Notes under the pieces: generated by a model
What the model saw: only the letters and a program-made list of their open reading frames with translations
Told to the model about the DNA's origin: nothing
Databases searched by the model: none
From: the human T2T-CHM13v2.0 reference genome, Homo sapiens
Length of the DNA stretch: 64,000 nucleotides
Direction: 5' to 3' (one strand)
Assembly: GCF_009914755.1 (NCBI RefSeq)
Contig: NC_060928.1
In this document: positions 38,818-56,050 of the stretch, one piece after another
Numbering within the stretch: position 1 is the stretch's first letter
Layout of the letters: each line of letters begins with the position of its first letter
Translations under genes and position numbers: made by a program

Positions 38818-38917
38818 ATATCTATATATAGATATATATACACATACACATGCGTGTATATACATATATACACACATATGTATGTATATATGTGTGTATG
38901 TATATCTATATATATAT
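38818..38917. repeat. TA/CA/TG low-complexity quasi-palindrome
   Basis: Read directly. Confidence 0.85.
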
Positions 38918-40183
38918 TTTTTTCTTAAAGGTGATATTCAAGTGGGCCTTGTTATTAAGGGAAGTCTTATGTTACCAGGCATTATTGTCTCATGATGCTG
39001 GGACTCTCTTCTAAGATTCACCAAGAATACACTAGTAGAAGACGAAATAGTAACTTTTAAATTCATATAATATTTAAATATTTTTAACCTTTATCTTTAG
39101 TGTAAAAATAATATACATGTTGGAGAAATCACAAAATAATGTTAGGAAAAGGAAGAAAATAAAAATCACTCATAATCACACCTTCAGAGACAACTGTTGT
39201 TTGTATTTAGGGATAAAGTTCTGAATCTTTTTTTTTTTGTTTTTTGAGACAGAGCTTTGCTCTGTCACCCAGGTTGGAGTGCAGTGGCATGATCTCAGCT
39301 CACTGCAACCTCCGCCTCCTGGATTCAGCGTTTATCCTGCCTCAGCCTCCAGAATAGCTGGGACTACAGGTGCCCGCCACCACGCCTGGCTAATTTTTGT
39401 ACTTTTAGTATGGATGGGGTTTCACCATATTGGCCAGGCTGTTCTGGAACTCCTGACCTTGTGATCCGCCCGCCTTGGCCTCCCAAAGTGCTGGGATTAC
39501 AGGCGTGAGCCACTGCGCCCTGCTAACTTCTTCTGAATCTTTTTTATTGCATTTTTGTTTGTATGTATTTAAAAATATACAAATGGATTTCCACCGTGCG
39601 TAGACCAGGTTTTTTACTTGTAAATTTTTTTTTGCCAGAGAATAGATTTCTGCAACCTCATTTTGAATGGCTGATGACCAAGTATTATCTTACAGTTTTT
39701 TATCTGACAACAAAAAAGGATATCAGATATTATATCCTTATAATATATTCTCCACTGTAAGGTTATTTTATTTTTTTCTTTTTGTTATTAAATATATAGA
39801 ATTTAATATAACATTAAAAAGGATAACATCTTACATATATGTCATATATTATATCCTTATATATAATATATGTTATCCTTTTTAATATGTTGTATTTTTG
39901 AGGGAATGTGGGGAGTGGAAGTAAATATGGTCATCTTTTCAGAAAGAACTGTAGTTTTGGGAATTGCAGGACTGACTGGCTTTAGTTTACTTTTATCATG
40001 TTTAGAGATAGCTTTTTTTTCCTTTACATACTAGAGTGCAAAATAATTGCCATTTGGTTACTTTTACCATTATTGATTTCTTTCTCTAAGTGTAGTTGCA
40101 GTTTTTGTACTTTCGGAGTTTCTGATATATGAAAGCACGTGTCTAATACATGTAGCACTTCCCTAAACTGTGTATTTGATTAG

Positions 40184-40636
<453 letters not shown>

Positions 40637-40721
40637 TAGGTCCATCTTTTACAACACATTTAATTAAGTATAAGTGTAGCTGTGAAGTAACATTCTTTTA
40701 CAGAAGTGATTTTTAAATTAA

Positions 40722-40952
<231 letters not shown>

Positions 40953-41627
40953 TGATCCACCGGCCTCAGCCTCCTAAAGTGCTGAGATTACAGGTGTGAG
41001 CCACCACGCCCGGCCTTAAATTTAATTTTGAAACATTTTTCAACTTCCAGGAAAGTTGCAAAGAACAGTGCAAAGAACTTCCACATATTCCTTATCCAGA
41101 AACCCCATTGAGTTTCATCTGTTGCTTTAACAATGTAATCTTCGACAAAAGGATCCAGTCATGAATCATGTATTGCATCCACTTATGTCTGTAGTGTTTT
41201 TCTTTTTTCTTTTCTTCTCACAGAGTCTTGCTCTGTTGCCGAGGCTGCAGTGCAGTGGCCCGATCTCGACTCACTGCAGCCTCGACTTCCTAGGCTCAAG
41301 GGATCCTCCCATCTCAGCCTCCTGAGTAGCTGGGACTACAAGCATGTTCTACCACACCCGGCTAATCATTTTTTTGTGGAGATAGGGTTTCACCGTATTG
41401 CCCAGGCAGGTCTTGAACTTCTGGGCTCAAGCAATTTGCCCGGCCTTGGCCTCCCAAAGTGCCGGCATTACAGGTGTGAGCCACCGGGCCCAGCCTGTGT
41501 TTTTCAAACTGAAATAGTTTGTCAGTCTTTCCTTGACTTTTATGACCTTTACATTTTTGAGGATTACAGGCCATTTTGTAGAACATTCCTCGCTTTGGGT
41601 TTCTCTGATGTTTCCTTGTGCATTTGA

Positions 41628-42110
<483 letters not shown>

Positions 42111-42380
42111 TGATTAATGTGTTTGCCAGGATTCTCCACTGTAAGGTTATTATTATTTTTTGTTATTAATATTTTATAGGGAGATATTTTGGTAGTATGT
42201 AGCTCTCCCATTCCTCATTCTGTTTTCACCCACTAGTTTTAGTGTTCGTTGATATTTCTTGTCTAAATTGTTACTATGATGATTGCCAAAGTGCTAATTC
42301 TGTCATTGCTTCTAAATTTATTAGTTGGCAATTTTACTGTAAGGAGGAATTTACTCTTTTTTTTTTTTAATACCAATGTG

Positions 42381-42737
42381 TGCTGTGATCTGCATGTTTG
42401 TATCCCTGTAAAATTCATATGTTGAAAGTGATCACCAAGGTGATGGTATTAGAAGATAGAGCCTTTGGGTGGTGAAGAGATCTTGAGGGTAGAGCCCTCA
42501 ATAATGGTATTAGTGCCCTGATAAAGATGCCTGAGGGAACATGTTAGCCTCTTTGCCCTTCTACCATGTGAGGACACATAGGAGGCGCCATTTACGAGGG
42601 CTTCACCAGACATCAAATCTGCTGGTGACTTGATCTTGAACTATACAGGCTCTTTAACTGTGAGCAATAAATTTCTGTTGTTTATAAATTATGCAGTCTG
42701 AGGTACTTTGTTGTAACAGCCTAAAGTGACTAAGGCA
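42381..42737 (+). mobile_element. MLT1A/MST-like MaLR LTR inserted in an old L1M
   Basis: aaattcatatgttgaaa...gtgatggtattagaag...aataaatttctgttgtttataaatta...gactaaggca. Confidence 0.75.
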
Positions 42738-43697
42738 GTGTGGATATAAGGATTCCCATGTTCTTCAGTGAGTTGGCTTCTGTGTCTCTTTGACTTGTTC
42801 CCATCCTCATTTGAGCACTTCCTTACTTCCTGGCACAACAAAATATTTTTTTATCTTACACTTTTTCTGCCCCAGTCCAGGAGATAGACATTTATCTGAG
42901 GACGTTGGTTCTGCTCAGTGGAGAACAGTATTTAGAAACCAAAATCTAGGTGTAGGTATGCTGATTACAGATGTGTTGCTGCTCCCAGGCACTCTCATTG
43001 GACAGTACTAAAAAATACATTCATTTATATCCATATATTTTTAGCTATATCTATCTGTGTATATTAAACGAGTTCACATCACTACCTTCAGTTGCAAGTC
43101 AGTGGCACAGGGTTCATTCTAGCCTTCTCCTTTCCTATGTTTTTCTTTGTTGTTGGTAAGAAACCTGACTTTTGTCATTCTCAGGTAGTTGTTTGCTCTG
43201 TCCCTGTACTACAGCTGTTCTCTTGACCCTGTCTGGCCACCCTCTCTGGCCTGGGCCCAAGCTGTTGTACAGTCGCGGTTACTGCCCCACCTCCTCTCCT
43301 TGGGGCTGTGTGGGCCCCTCCTGTAGCATATAAAGGATGAAAGCAGTCTGAGATTCAGCTGTGTGTGGTACATGTGTGACAGTAATGTGTTTTTTTCCTA
43401 TGAATCCTATGTTTAGGATCAATACTTCAGAAATGTTGGGAGGATTAGAGATACTGAATGTAGAAGACTTAGCTCAATCGATTGGACTTATGTGCGACAG
43501 TGATACTTCGGTTATTATCATTATCTTAACAATGATGATTGCTAGCAGCTGTTATTTTTTATAAACCACTTAGGATTATTTAAATTGTAGCCAATTTCTA
43601 TCGGTTTGTTATGGTATGTGTTAGTGCTATTTTGATATTCTGTGGTTAGAACTTGAAAGCAGGAGTTGAAGGTAAACAAGCATTATTTGGGTAATAG

Positions 43698-44112
43698 TGT
43701 CATCGGTGGAGGGTGTCCAGGTTCTTGACATCTTGAACAAAGAATTGGACAAAATGCACAGACAAAACAAGGAAGGAATGACGGGATTTATTGAAAATGA
43801 AAGTACACTCCACAGTGTGGGAGCAGGCCCGAGCATAGGGGCTCAAGAGCCCCGTTACAGAATTTTGAGGAGTTTAAATACCTTCTAGAGGATTCCATTA
43901 GTTACTTCGAGTATGCCCTATGTAAGGGAGGTTAAATACTTTCTAGAGGATTCCATTAGTTACTTCAGGTACGCCCTATATAAATGGAGAGAATGAAGTA
44001 AAGTTATAGTCATTTACTTGGCCTCTGCCCCATGGAGAGGATATTTCCTGTCATAGCTGAAGTGTGAGTTGGCCTTATGTTCCGTGCCTTCAGGCCCTAT
44101 TTTCCTACCTCA
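43698..44112 (-). mobile_element. ERV1 LTR, MER61-like (3' LTR of a - strand provirus)
   Basis: Minus strand starts TGAGGTAGGAAAATAGGGCCTGAAGGCACGGAACATAAGGCC and ends AACCTGGACACCCTCCACCGATGACA (TG...CA); preceded by a degenerate purine tract. Confidence 0.75.
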
Positions 44113-44884
44113 TCTGCCCCTGAGAGATGTGACCCTGAGAAATCTTTATGGGCGGCAGAGGGGGACCGTTGGTCTTTTTTTTTTTTCTGTAGCTTGTTTC
44201 ATGCTGGCTTGAGGCATAGTCCCTACCTATTGGGGATCGTGGAACTGTCTCCCTGCTCTGTCTAGTGGAAGCAGGGTAGCTCCTTGATGGCCAGGGGTGG
44301 TGTCTTCACCTGGAACTGGCTGGAACCTTTGTTGCCTGATCATCTTAAGTTTGATGGTCTCTAGGCGAGAGGAAATGAATTGGATTAAAATATTTAATGG
44401 GGGCTTCAGAGGGTGGGTACCTATGCTGTCAGGAATGTTTGTTACAGAGTTTGCAGGAGATAAAACAAAACCTGGTCTATTCTAGGATCTACATGTTTCC
44501 TTAAAGCCTTAGCATGAACGACTCCATTTTAGTTTGGTTTGGTCTCTTGGGGCCTAGTGCATGAGATTAGTCCAAAACGATGGCCTCCCAGAATTTTGTT
44601 TAAAAAATTCCCCCTTTTTGGTCAGGTTCTCACTTAGGTGAGAGTGTGACCAAAATTTAGGGCCTTAGTATCACTCTCAGTTACCATTATTTTGGGTTTC
44701 TGGTCTCAGCACGTCATTCATAGGTTACGGTGTCCTCATGGTCACACATTTCTTTCAGCTCTTGTCATTTCAGTTGAAGAGAGACCATATGACATTCTAG
44801 AGATGGCTGCATGCAAGCATTTAAAACCTTTGAGAGAATACAGTGCACGAGAGAGACTATTATTATGACTATTTGGGAGGGTAA

Positions 44885-45244
<360 letters not shown>

Positions 45245-45355
45245 TAATCCACCCACCTCGACCTCTCAAACTGCTGGGATTACAGGCATGAGCCACTGCG
45301 CCTGGCCTACCACTGAATTTCTATAATCTTCATTGGATGTATTTCTCTATAGGCC

Positions 45356-45499
45356 ACAAGTAGCAGCAGCTGTTCACATACTTCTCTGTTCAGCCAATTC
45401 CATTATAACTTTCACAGGAGAATTTAAAGTCTGTTGTGTAACAGTAGCTTTTACAGTAGAATTTGCTATAGAGTGTATTATGAGGGATACATTTCTAAC
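45356..45499 (-). pseudogene. Degenerate retroviral env TM-subunit relic
   Basis: Minus-strand translation VRNVSLIIHSIANSTVKATVTQQTLNSPVKVIMELAEQRSM*TAAATC resembles the gamma-type TM heptad through LAEQGGVC, with the central immunosuppressive-domain residues missing; lies upstream of the 3' LTR where env is expected. Confidence 0.55.
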
Positions 45500-46600
45500 A
45501 CTACTTCTTTTACTTTTAACCTTGGAAAAAGGACCTAACAAATGATGCCCTTTTAGAACAGTGAAGGCCTCCTGGCAGTGTTCTCTTTAACCCATGATAT
45601 GGGTTAAGAGTAGTGAACCAGTGTTTTGTTTTTGACTGATTATGAGGCAACGTATGTACCATTAAGGTTTCTTACCTACATTGGGTCTTCATCTTTTATC
45701 TATGGAAGTATAAGGCTGGCTGCAAACTCCTTCAAAAATAAAAGTACACCCCATTAGTGCACATAACAGACTCCTTTTCCATTATAAGCAAGAAAAACAT
45801 TCAAAGATAAGAGTTTCATGATAGTAGAAGTTTTAATCTCTGAACTTGGGGAAAAACTGTTCACATCAAGGACGTCATCTTTTTCTTGGGAGAAATTTCC
45901 TTGGTTAGCTTTACCTCAAGGATTCAAATGGGTGCACAGTTCCAAAAGTATGGAGAGAGCCCTCTCAGTTGTGAGATTATGAACCCAAAGTTCAAGGTCC
46001 CGAAGTTTTGTTGTAGTGTGGATGGGAAGGACAGTCTTTCTCTGACGTTCTCAGAAGATCCAAACCATAAAAAACTGTCTTTACCTGGTAAAAATACACT
46101 GTAGTATAATAATCTACTGTTTTAGCATCAGCCCTCTTGCATGGGAAAGCTTTTATACAACCAGAAAACATGCATTGAAAATAACAATTTAATAAAATCC
46201 CTTTATAAAATGTTTAAATGGCCCATCAGGTCACCAAATGTATCTGAAGCTTTAATTATTTTCCCAGGAATGTGGGATCAAGCATTGATGATAAACTATC
46301 TTAAACAGTTTCAGTATCAGTTGGTTTAAAATGAAAATTGGACAAAGTATTTTCTTGATATTTAATTTTTTTTGGTTTTACTTGGGTTAGTAGCTTTATA
46401 CAAGGAAATTTGGTTATTTCTATGGTTTACAATAACTTAATAACCAAACTTAGACATTGGGATTTTAGAAATCCCATACAATTTTGGAACATACATTATC
46501 CACAAAAATATATCCTAAAGAAGATTGAACATAATTTTGGCAATCCCATGTACCTAAACATGTCAGATAATCCTGTTTACCTTTTTTCTAGATGTTTTCA

Positions 46601-47767
<1,167 letters not shown>

Positions 47768-47875
47768 GACAATTTTGAAACTGAAGTTTGATTTTGGAAT
47801 TCCAGATTCCCGTAAATTATTTATTTTGCCAGAATGATGACTCAGAAATTTTAAAGAAGTAAAAACCTTTTATAA

Positions 47876-48238
<363 letters not shown>

Positions 48239-48644
48239 TAAAACTGTTTCTAGTAGTCTTAATTGCATGTTATAATGGCAACTCTTAGAAATTTTAATTT
48301 TGATGTAAAACCTGGTGAGTTATGTTCAATAAGGTTTGATGTATAGTCATGACTCCACATGTCCCCAGGCCTTACCTAGCTGGAAAGCAGGCAAGTTAAA
48401 CAATTTTCAAAAGCCAAAGAAACAGCTTATGACCCTAAAGCAAATATTTGAACATAATTTAATTACATATTATGTTATACATAATTATACATAACATAAT
48501 ATGTAACCACATATTTACATTTTGAAGACATATTTTACCAATTATCTTTAAAACTATCCTTATTTCCCAGAAATTACTCAAGTCACATGAACTAGATAAA
48601 AGACATTACACTTTTCACTTTTCTGACAAAATATTTGATTTAAG

Positions 48645-48719
48645 CTCCTCTTCCTCTTCCTCCTCCTCCTCTTCCTCTTCCTCTCCTCCTCCTTCTCATT
48701 CTCCTTCTCCTTCTCCTTC
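48645..48719. repeat. (CCT/CTT)n pyrimidine tract at an Alu tail
   Basis: Read directly. Confidence 0.9.
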
Positions 48720-49887
48720 AACAGTCTCACTCTCCGCTCACTGCACCTCTGCCTCCTGGGTTCATGTGATCTCCTGCCTCAGCCTCCCAAGTAACTGGGA
48801 TTACAGGCGTGCCCCGCCATGCCTGGCTAATTTTTGTATTTTTAGTAGAGATGGGGTTTTACCATGTTGGCCAGGCTGGTCTCGTACTCCTGACCTCAGG
48901 TGATCTGCCTGCCTCGGCCTCCTAAAGTGCTAGGATTACAGGCATGAGCCACTGAACCTGGCTTCTTATTATTACAGCAATTAATTTAAAACTTTACGGA
49001 GGAGATAAACAGTGACTTTTACTTTATATTTAACTAGTTTGCACAGAGAAAGAAGCCAGATATAGACTGGTAAGAAATTCTTACCCTTTTGCCAGCATGC
49101 CAGTTTTCTGGGTTCTCTCTCTCTGAGTGATCCTAGTGACCCTGCTTGACTGTATGCAGACAAACACATTGCCATGAATTAAGAATACTCACAAATAGTT
49201 TACAGATTTTTGGGGGAAATTAGGCAGAGAAAGAGAAGTATGATTCAAATTCTATTTACAAGAATATACTCAACACAGTTAAAGTATCAGGAGGCCTAAA
49301 ATCCAAAAAGTTAGCTTAAGGATGAAAAGCTGGTGTGCTCCATTAATCTCTACTGATAAAGGTAGTTTAGGAATTCCAGATAAATGGAACAAATGATGAC
49401 TTGCTAGAAATGCATCAGAAACAAAATAACCATTCGCGGAACCAAGTAAAAGCCTTCCACTAGGAACTAAAAAATATCATGGTTTTTTATATATATGCAT
49501 ACACAGGCAAAGCCAGAGGAGAATAAACAGCAAATGAATGAAAACTAGAAGCAAAAACAAACAGGAAACCAACCCTAAATTTTCCTATTTAATTTACCCT
49601 GGAGGCTACAGTGTTACCTAGGGCCCCAGAAAACTCACATAATGAATATTTTATTCCTGATACACAATTTAATATCCTTTAGTTTACCAGTACTATTATA
49701 CATTCTATGCAGTCAAGAAATCCACTTTAGGCACATGACCAGTAAGTACTCCAGTGCCAGCACTATCTATGCAAAACAGTAAACATAATGTGAAGCAATG
49801 CAGGCATGTGTGTGAAATTTGGCTCCACAGTAAATCCAGCTTCATGCTTAACTATATTAAAAAAAGAATTGCCAAACTGCTGATGGA

Positions 49888-49972
49888 TTTCTTTCTTTCT
49901 TTTCTTCTCTCTTCTCTTCTCTCCCCTCCCCTCCCCTCCCCTCCCCTCCCCTCCCCTCCCCTTCCCTTTTCC
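49888..49972. repeat. (CTTT)(CTCTT)(CCCCT)n pyrimidine tract at an Alu tail
   Basis: Read directly. Confidence 0.9.
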
Positions 49973-50822
49973 TGAGATGGAGTATTGCTCTGTCACCCAG
50001 GCTGGAGTGCAGTGGTGCGATCTCAGCTCACTGCAAGCTGAGTGAGCTTGCAGTTCAAGCAATTCTCTTGCCTCAGGCTCCCCAGTAGCTGGGATTACAG
50101 GCATGTGCCGCTATGCCCAGCTAATTTTTGTATTTTTAGTAGAGATGGGGTTTCACCGTGTTGGCCAGGTTGATCTCGAACTCCTGACCTCATGATTCAC
50201 CCACCTTGGCCTCCCAAAGTGCTGGGATTACAGGCGTGAGCCACCGTGCCTGGCCCGCATTTCTTTACAATACTTCTTATTTTACTTTAATCAAGGCTAG
50301 GAGCTTTGAATATGAAAGTGTTAATTAGCCTTATGTCTTCAATTCTCTATCGGGTTTTAAAGAATATTTTATTATTTAAACTTTTCCCACATCTTTCTCC
50401 CCTACTTAATGACTCCTTACTACATTGTTTCATAAATAACCTTTTAAATCTGTAATTTGAACTGACTTTTAGATAACTTCTGAATTAGACAAAATTATTC
50501 TTTCTTCCACTAATAACATAATCCTTTCTGGCACATTTTGTATACAGAATTACGTGTTAACTAAAATTCTTATCCTTAGTAACCTAAAACTTTAGTGAAA
50601 CCCTAAAAAGCAAGAAATCCTGAACTATCAGATATGGGCATTTATAGATAAGAACAATTCCACAATTTTAGAAACATATTTCCCCATATCACAACCATTT
50701 CTTAGTTGAAGATGACCCAGATATTAAATGAGCATCGAAAATAACTTTAAGATTTTAATTTACACAAAAAGTTTACCTAAAACATTTATCCCATTTGCTG
50801 TACTTAATTTTTACTTTTAACA

Positions 50823-51044
50823 AGGGAGACACGAGACATCAACCAACACATGTAAAATAAACATTGGTTCGTTCCAGAAAGGCAGGACAATTCGAGGTGG
50901 GGAGGGGGCTTGGGGGCTTTCAGATCATAGGTAGGTGGGAGACAAACGGTTACATTCTTTTGAGTTTCTGATTAGTCCTTCCAAAGGAAGCAATCAGATG
51001 TGCATTTATCTCAGTGAGACTTTGAATAGAATGAGAGGCAGGCC
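50823..51044 (-). mobile_element. MER41-like LTR fragment within ERV internal sequence
   Basis: gggagacacgagacatcaa...cattggttcgttccagaaaggcaggacaa...cattcttttgagtttctgattag...gcaatcagatgtgcatttatctcagtgag matches the recalled MER41 U3 (reverse strand). Confidence 0.6.
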
Positions 51045-52116
51045 CGAATTAACACTGACATTTAAAAATACCTAGCAAAGACAAACATAAAATTCAGACA
51101 AAATGTATGCTGACAATTCTGAAGGCATTTCTATTTTTATTCCACCTATAATTTTGAAGCTAATTTGTTTAGTAGAGTTATACTTCTAAGTCACGTGAAC
51201 TTGAAAATTGCTTAGACTTAATTTATGAGCACTCTTACTTATAAGCCAATTTTGGTAGACACAACATGTAACAATAAGTGTACATACGAATAAATACATC
51301 TAGACATCTATACACACACACAAACGAAGATCCAATTGCTTGGAACCTTAGCCATGAGGTAGCAATACAAGCTTGCCAGTTTTACTTTGCCCCAATAGAT
51401 AATCCAATGAAGGCTGTGAACCAAAATTTTGGGTAAAGCAGTCTCCATGGCAGTTTGATTATTAAAGGCCAAACCTCCCCAGACTCTGAAGAGCACTGGG
51501 GCCAAACAGTACCAAAGGAGAACGTCACATTAATCAGGCCCCCTGCTTAGAACCGCAGCACAAAAGCCTGGATACATGCAACGCCATCCCATTTTCCCAT
51601 TAAACAGTAAGCTCCAGATTCCAAACAATTTTGGGGCCAAGCAGCGTTACAACTGCGGGAGAATTCTGAGGAGGGCTCAGAACTTCTAGACCTCAGAACC
51701 TCTGCAAGAGCATCCTCTTTGGGGAGGCTGAGGTCCACAGGATCCCCCAGAGCATCCTCCTATGGGGTCCAGTCTTAGTGTGTCACATGTCTCTGATGTC
51801 TCTGACCTTAGGTGGGCACCGGTGCCACATGCGTAGAGACGAAGTTTTGCCATGTTTCCCAGGCTGGTCTCCAACTCCTGGGCTCAAGCGAACTGCCCGC
51901 CTCAGACTCCCAAAGTGCTGGGATTATAGGCATGAGCTACCTTGCCTAGTCAAATTTTCTTTTATTGCTACCCTTGTATCTGTCTGCCTAAGTCTTTTTG
52001 TTGTTCTCAAATTGAAATTTGATGATAATAGTTTAGTAGTTATAGTATTATAGTATTGGGCATTAGGAGGAATATTTTTTATGTAAATCTTCTTTTGTAG
52101 AAATAGGTAACAGTAG

Positions 52117-52427
<311 letters not shown>

Positions 52428-52933
52428 AGAAATAGGTAACAGTATAACTTAGTGGAAATGTATAACTCTGTAAATAAAGAGTAATTTAGTAGAAACAATG
52501 GGGGAAAGGTATTTTAAGGCAACTTTTTCTGGTGTTTGGGATCATGTTTCAAACAGATGAGCAACAGCATAACCCTCCTGCTGTTTAGAGAATCCATTTG
52601 TTTGCTGGAGCTCTGTAGTGTTAGATTTAACTACTGAAATAGCTCTTTGTTTAAAAACTCCCTGTGGTTATAGTTTTTGCTCACATATGCCTGGTTGCAT
52701 TCTCACTAACCCTTCTCCATACCTGCCAAATATTCAGCTGTCTTATTTTCAACTCTTAGGAATTGTACTTTTGAGTCAGTGAACAGCAGACCAATTCACA
52801 GCAATATTTTGAGGTCTGCTGCAGTGACTTTGACTCTTCAGCCCTTTAAGTCCCAAAGTGGCTTAGACTCTTTAGCCCTTTAATCTTCATCAGTGTTTCA
52901 TTTGGAAAATAGCAAGCCATCAAGAACCAACTA

Positions 52934-53358
52934 TTTTTTTTTTAAATTATACTTTAAGTTCTAGGGTACACGAGCACAACGTGCAGTTTTGATACATAGG
53001 TATACATGTGCCGTGTTGGTTTGCTGCATCCATCAATTCATCATTTACATTAGGTATTTCTCCTAATGCTATCCCTCCCGAAGTCCCCCACCCACCAGCA
53101 GGCCACAGTGTGTGATATTCCCCGCCCTGTGTCCAGTTGATCTCATTGTTCATTTCCCATCTATGCATCTATGAGTGAGGACATGTGGTGTTTGGTTTTC
53201 TGTCCTTGTGATAGTTTGCTGAGAATGATGTCTTCCAGCTTCATCCATGTACCTGCAAAGGACATGAACTCATCCTCTTTTATGGCTGCATAGTATTCCA
53301 TGGTGTATATGTGCCACAATTTCTTAATCCAGTCTATCATTGATGGACATTTGGGTTG
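52934..53358 (-). mobile_element. 5'-truncated L1PA (L1PA5-7-like) 3' end
   Basis: L1 3'UTR/ORF2 end on the - strand; TSD AAGAACCAAC at 52922 and 53359. Confidence 0.88.
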
Positions 53359-55283
53359 AAGAACCAACATTTTTTAAAAATTATATTTCTAATTATAGTT
53401 AGAACCAAACTATACAAAAAAACTACAATTTTAAACAGCTAGACATTTGGGAACCAAAATTTGCTTTAGTTGAGCTCTATTGATTTTATTTTATTTTTAT
53501 TTTATTTTTTTGAGATGGAGTCTTGCTCTGTAACTCAGGCCAGAGTGCAATGGCGCAATCTGGGCTCACTGCAACCTCCACCTCCTGGGTTCAAGTGATT
53601 CTCCTGCCTCAGCCTCCTGAGTAGCAGAGACTTACAGGTGTGTGCCCGGCTAATTTTTGTATTTTTAGTAGAGACGGGGTTTCACCATATTGGCCAGGCT
53701 GGTCTTGAACGCCTGACCTCTGGTGATCTGCCCTCCTCAGGCTCCCACAGTGCTGGGATTACGGGCATGAGCCACCATGCCTGGTGAGCTTTATTGATTT
53801 TAGCTTTCTTTCAAGTGGGAATGTATTTGTAAGGTGTTGTCTAGGGATAACTATACTTGTTAGTGATGTCTTTGCCTTTTTTGATATCACTTAACATTAA
53901 GGAAGAAAAATACCACTGTCATTTTATGTAGCAGAAGAAAAACTGCTCTTGGTCCTCTGGTGACAGAAAGTACTCTCAGGATTGAGAGGATCAGTGTCTC
54001 TACATAACCATAATCCTTGAGAAGTTTGCTGTAGACTCTCAAAGTGTGGATCTTTGGCACCACCTAGGAGTATGTTTGAAATGCAGGATTTCGGGTCCTA
54101 ATCATTGGATTATAATGCATTTTAATAAGATCCCTAGGTGATTTGAAAGCACCTTCCAAAGTGGATGCCTGTATATTTAATTTAAATGGTTTGAGATAAG
54201 GTGAATAAGAAAAATCCTTGGATTCAATATAACACCAGTTCTGTCTTTGAGAGATTCCCAATAAGGGAGCCTCAATGTAGATCCCCGTACTGTCCTTTCA
54301 CACTTGCAATTATTTTCTTGTTTAATGTGTTTTTTTCTCCTTCTGGATTCTAAGTTTTCTCCTCCTGGACTGAGGGTTTGTTCATCATTTTATTTCCCAG
54401 CACATTAGGACATTGCTTAGCAAATATGTTTTCAATAATTTTCTTATTTGTGTGAGTGACAGGATCTCACTCTGTCACCGAAGCTGGAATGCAGTGGTAT
54501 CTTCTCAGCTCACTGCAACCTCAACCTCCTGGGCTCGTGATTCTTCCACCTCAGCTTCCTGAGTAGCCGGGACTTTAGGTGTGTGCCACCATGCCTGGAT
54601 AATTTTTGTATCTTTTGTAGAGACAGGGTTTTGCCATGTTGTCCAGGTGGTCTTGAACTCCTGGGCTCAAGCAGTCCGTCCACCTTGGCCTCCCAAGTGC
54701 TGGGATTACAGCCATTTTTTTTTTTTTTTTAATTAACTGAAGATTGTCATGGGAGAGAACAGTGGCCTATGAGTGAGGAAATCCGAGATTCAGAGTCTTT
54801 GGTCTGTCACTAGCTATGTGACCTTGGGCAGATGACTTAATTTCTTAGTTTCTATTTCCTCTGCCTACTGGAGGGTAACGAATGCTTCTTCCATTGGGTT
54901 AATGTGAGACTTGAATGACAGAATGTATATGAAAGCTTTTCATAAACCAGAGTCCTGTATAAACACTGTCATTATCTCCACTCATGAAATTCCCAAGCCC
55001 AGTGTATAAACTGTTTGTGCATTCCAGTTTTTTGTTTAGCTGTCTTACAAATGTATGGCATTATTGCATAATAAAATGAACATTTATTGAACACCTCCTG
55101 TGTGTAAAAGCGAAGTGTTAGGTGCTTGCTGGTGGTGGGAGGAGAAAGGAAGGGGTTTAGAAATAAACAAGATGTGCCGGGCGCAGTGGCTCACGCCTGT
55201 AATCCCAGCATTTTGGGAGGTGGATCATGAGGTCAGGAGATCGAGACCATCCTGGCTAACACGGTGAAACCCCGTCTCTACTA

Positions 55284-55490
<207 letters not shown>

Positions 55491-55589
55491 TCAAGAATCT
55501 TAGCACTGGAGACCAGCGTGTTACATAGATGTGCTCCTTAATGGTTGTTTTAAACTCTCAGTTCCAAGTCCACTGGCTAATGATGGTTA

Positions 55590-56050
<461 letters not shown>

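Noticed and set aside
43164-43190. Possible recursive splice site (cctgac...ttctcAG|GTAGTT)
   Set aside because: Regenerated donor is weak and lies in old L1-derived sequence
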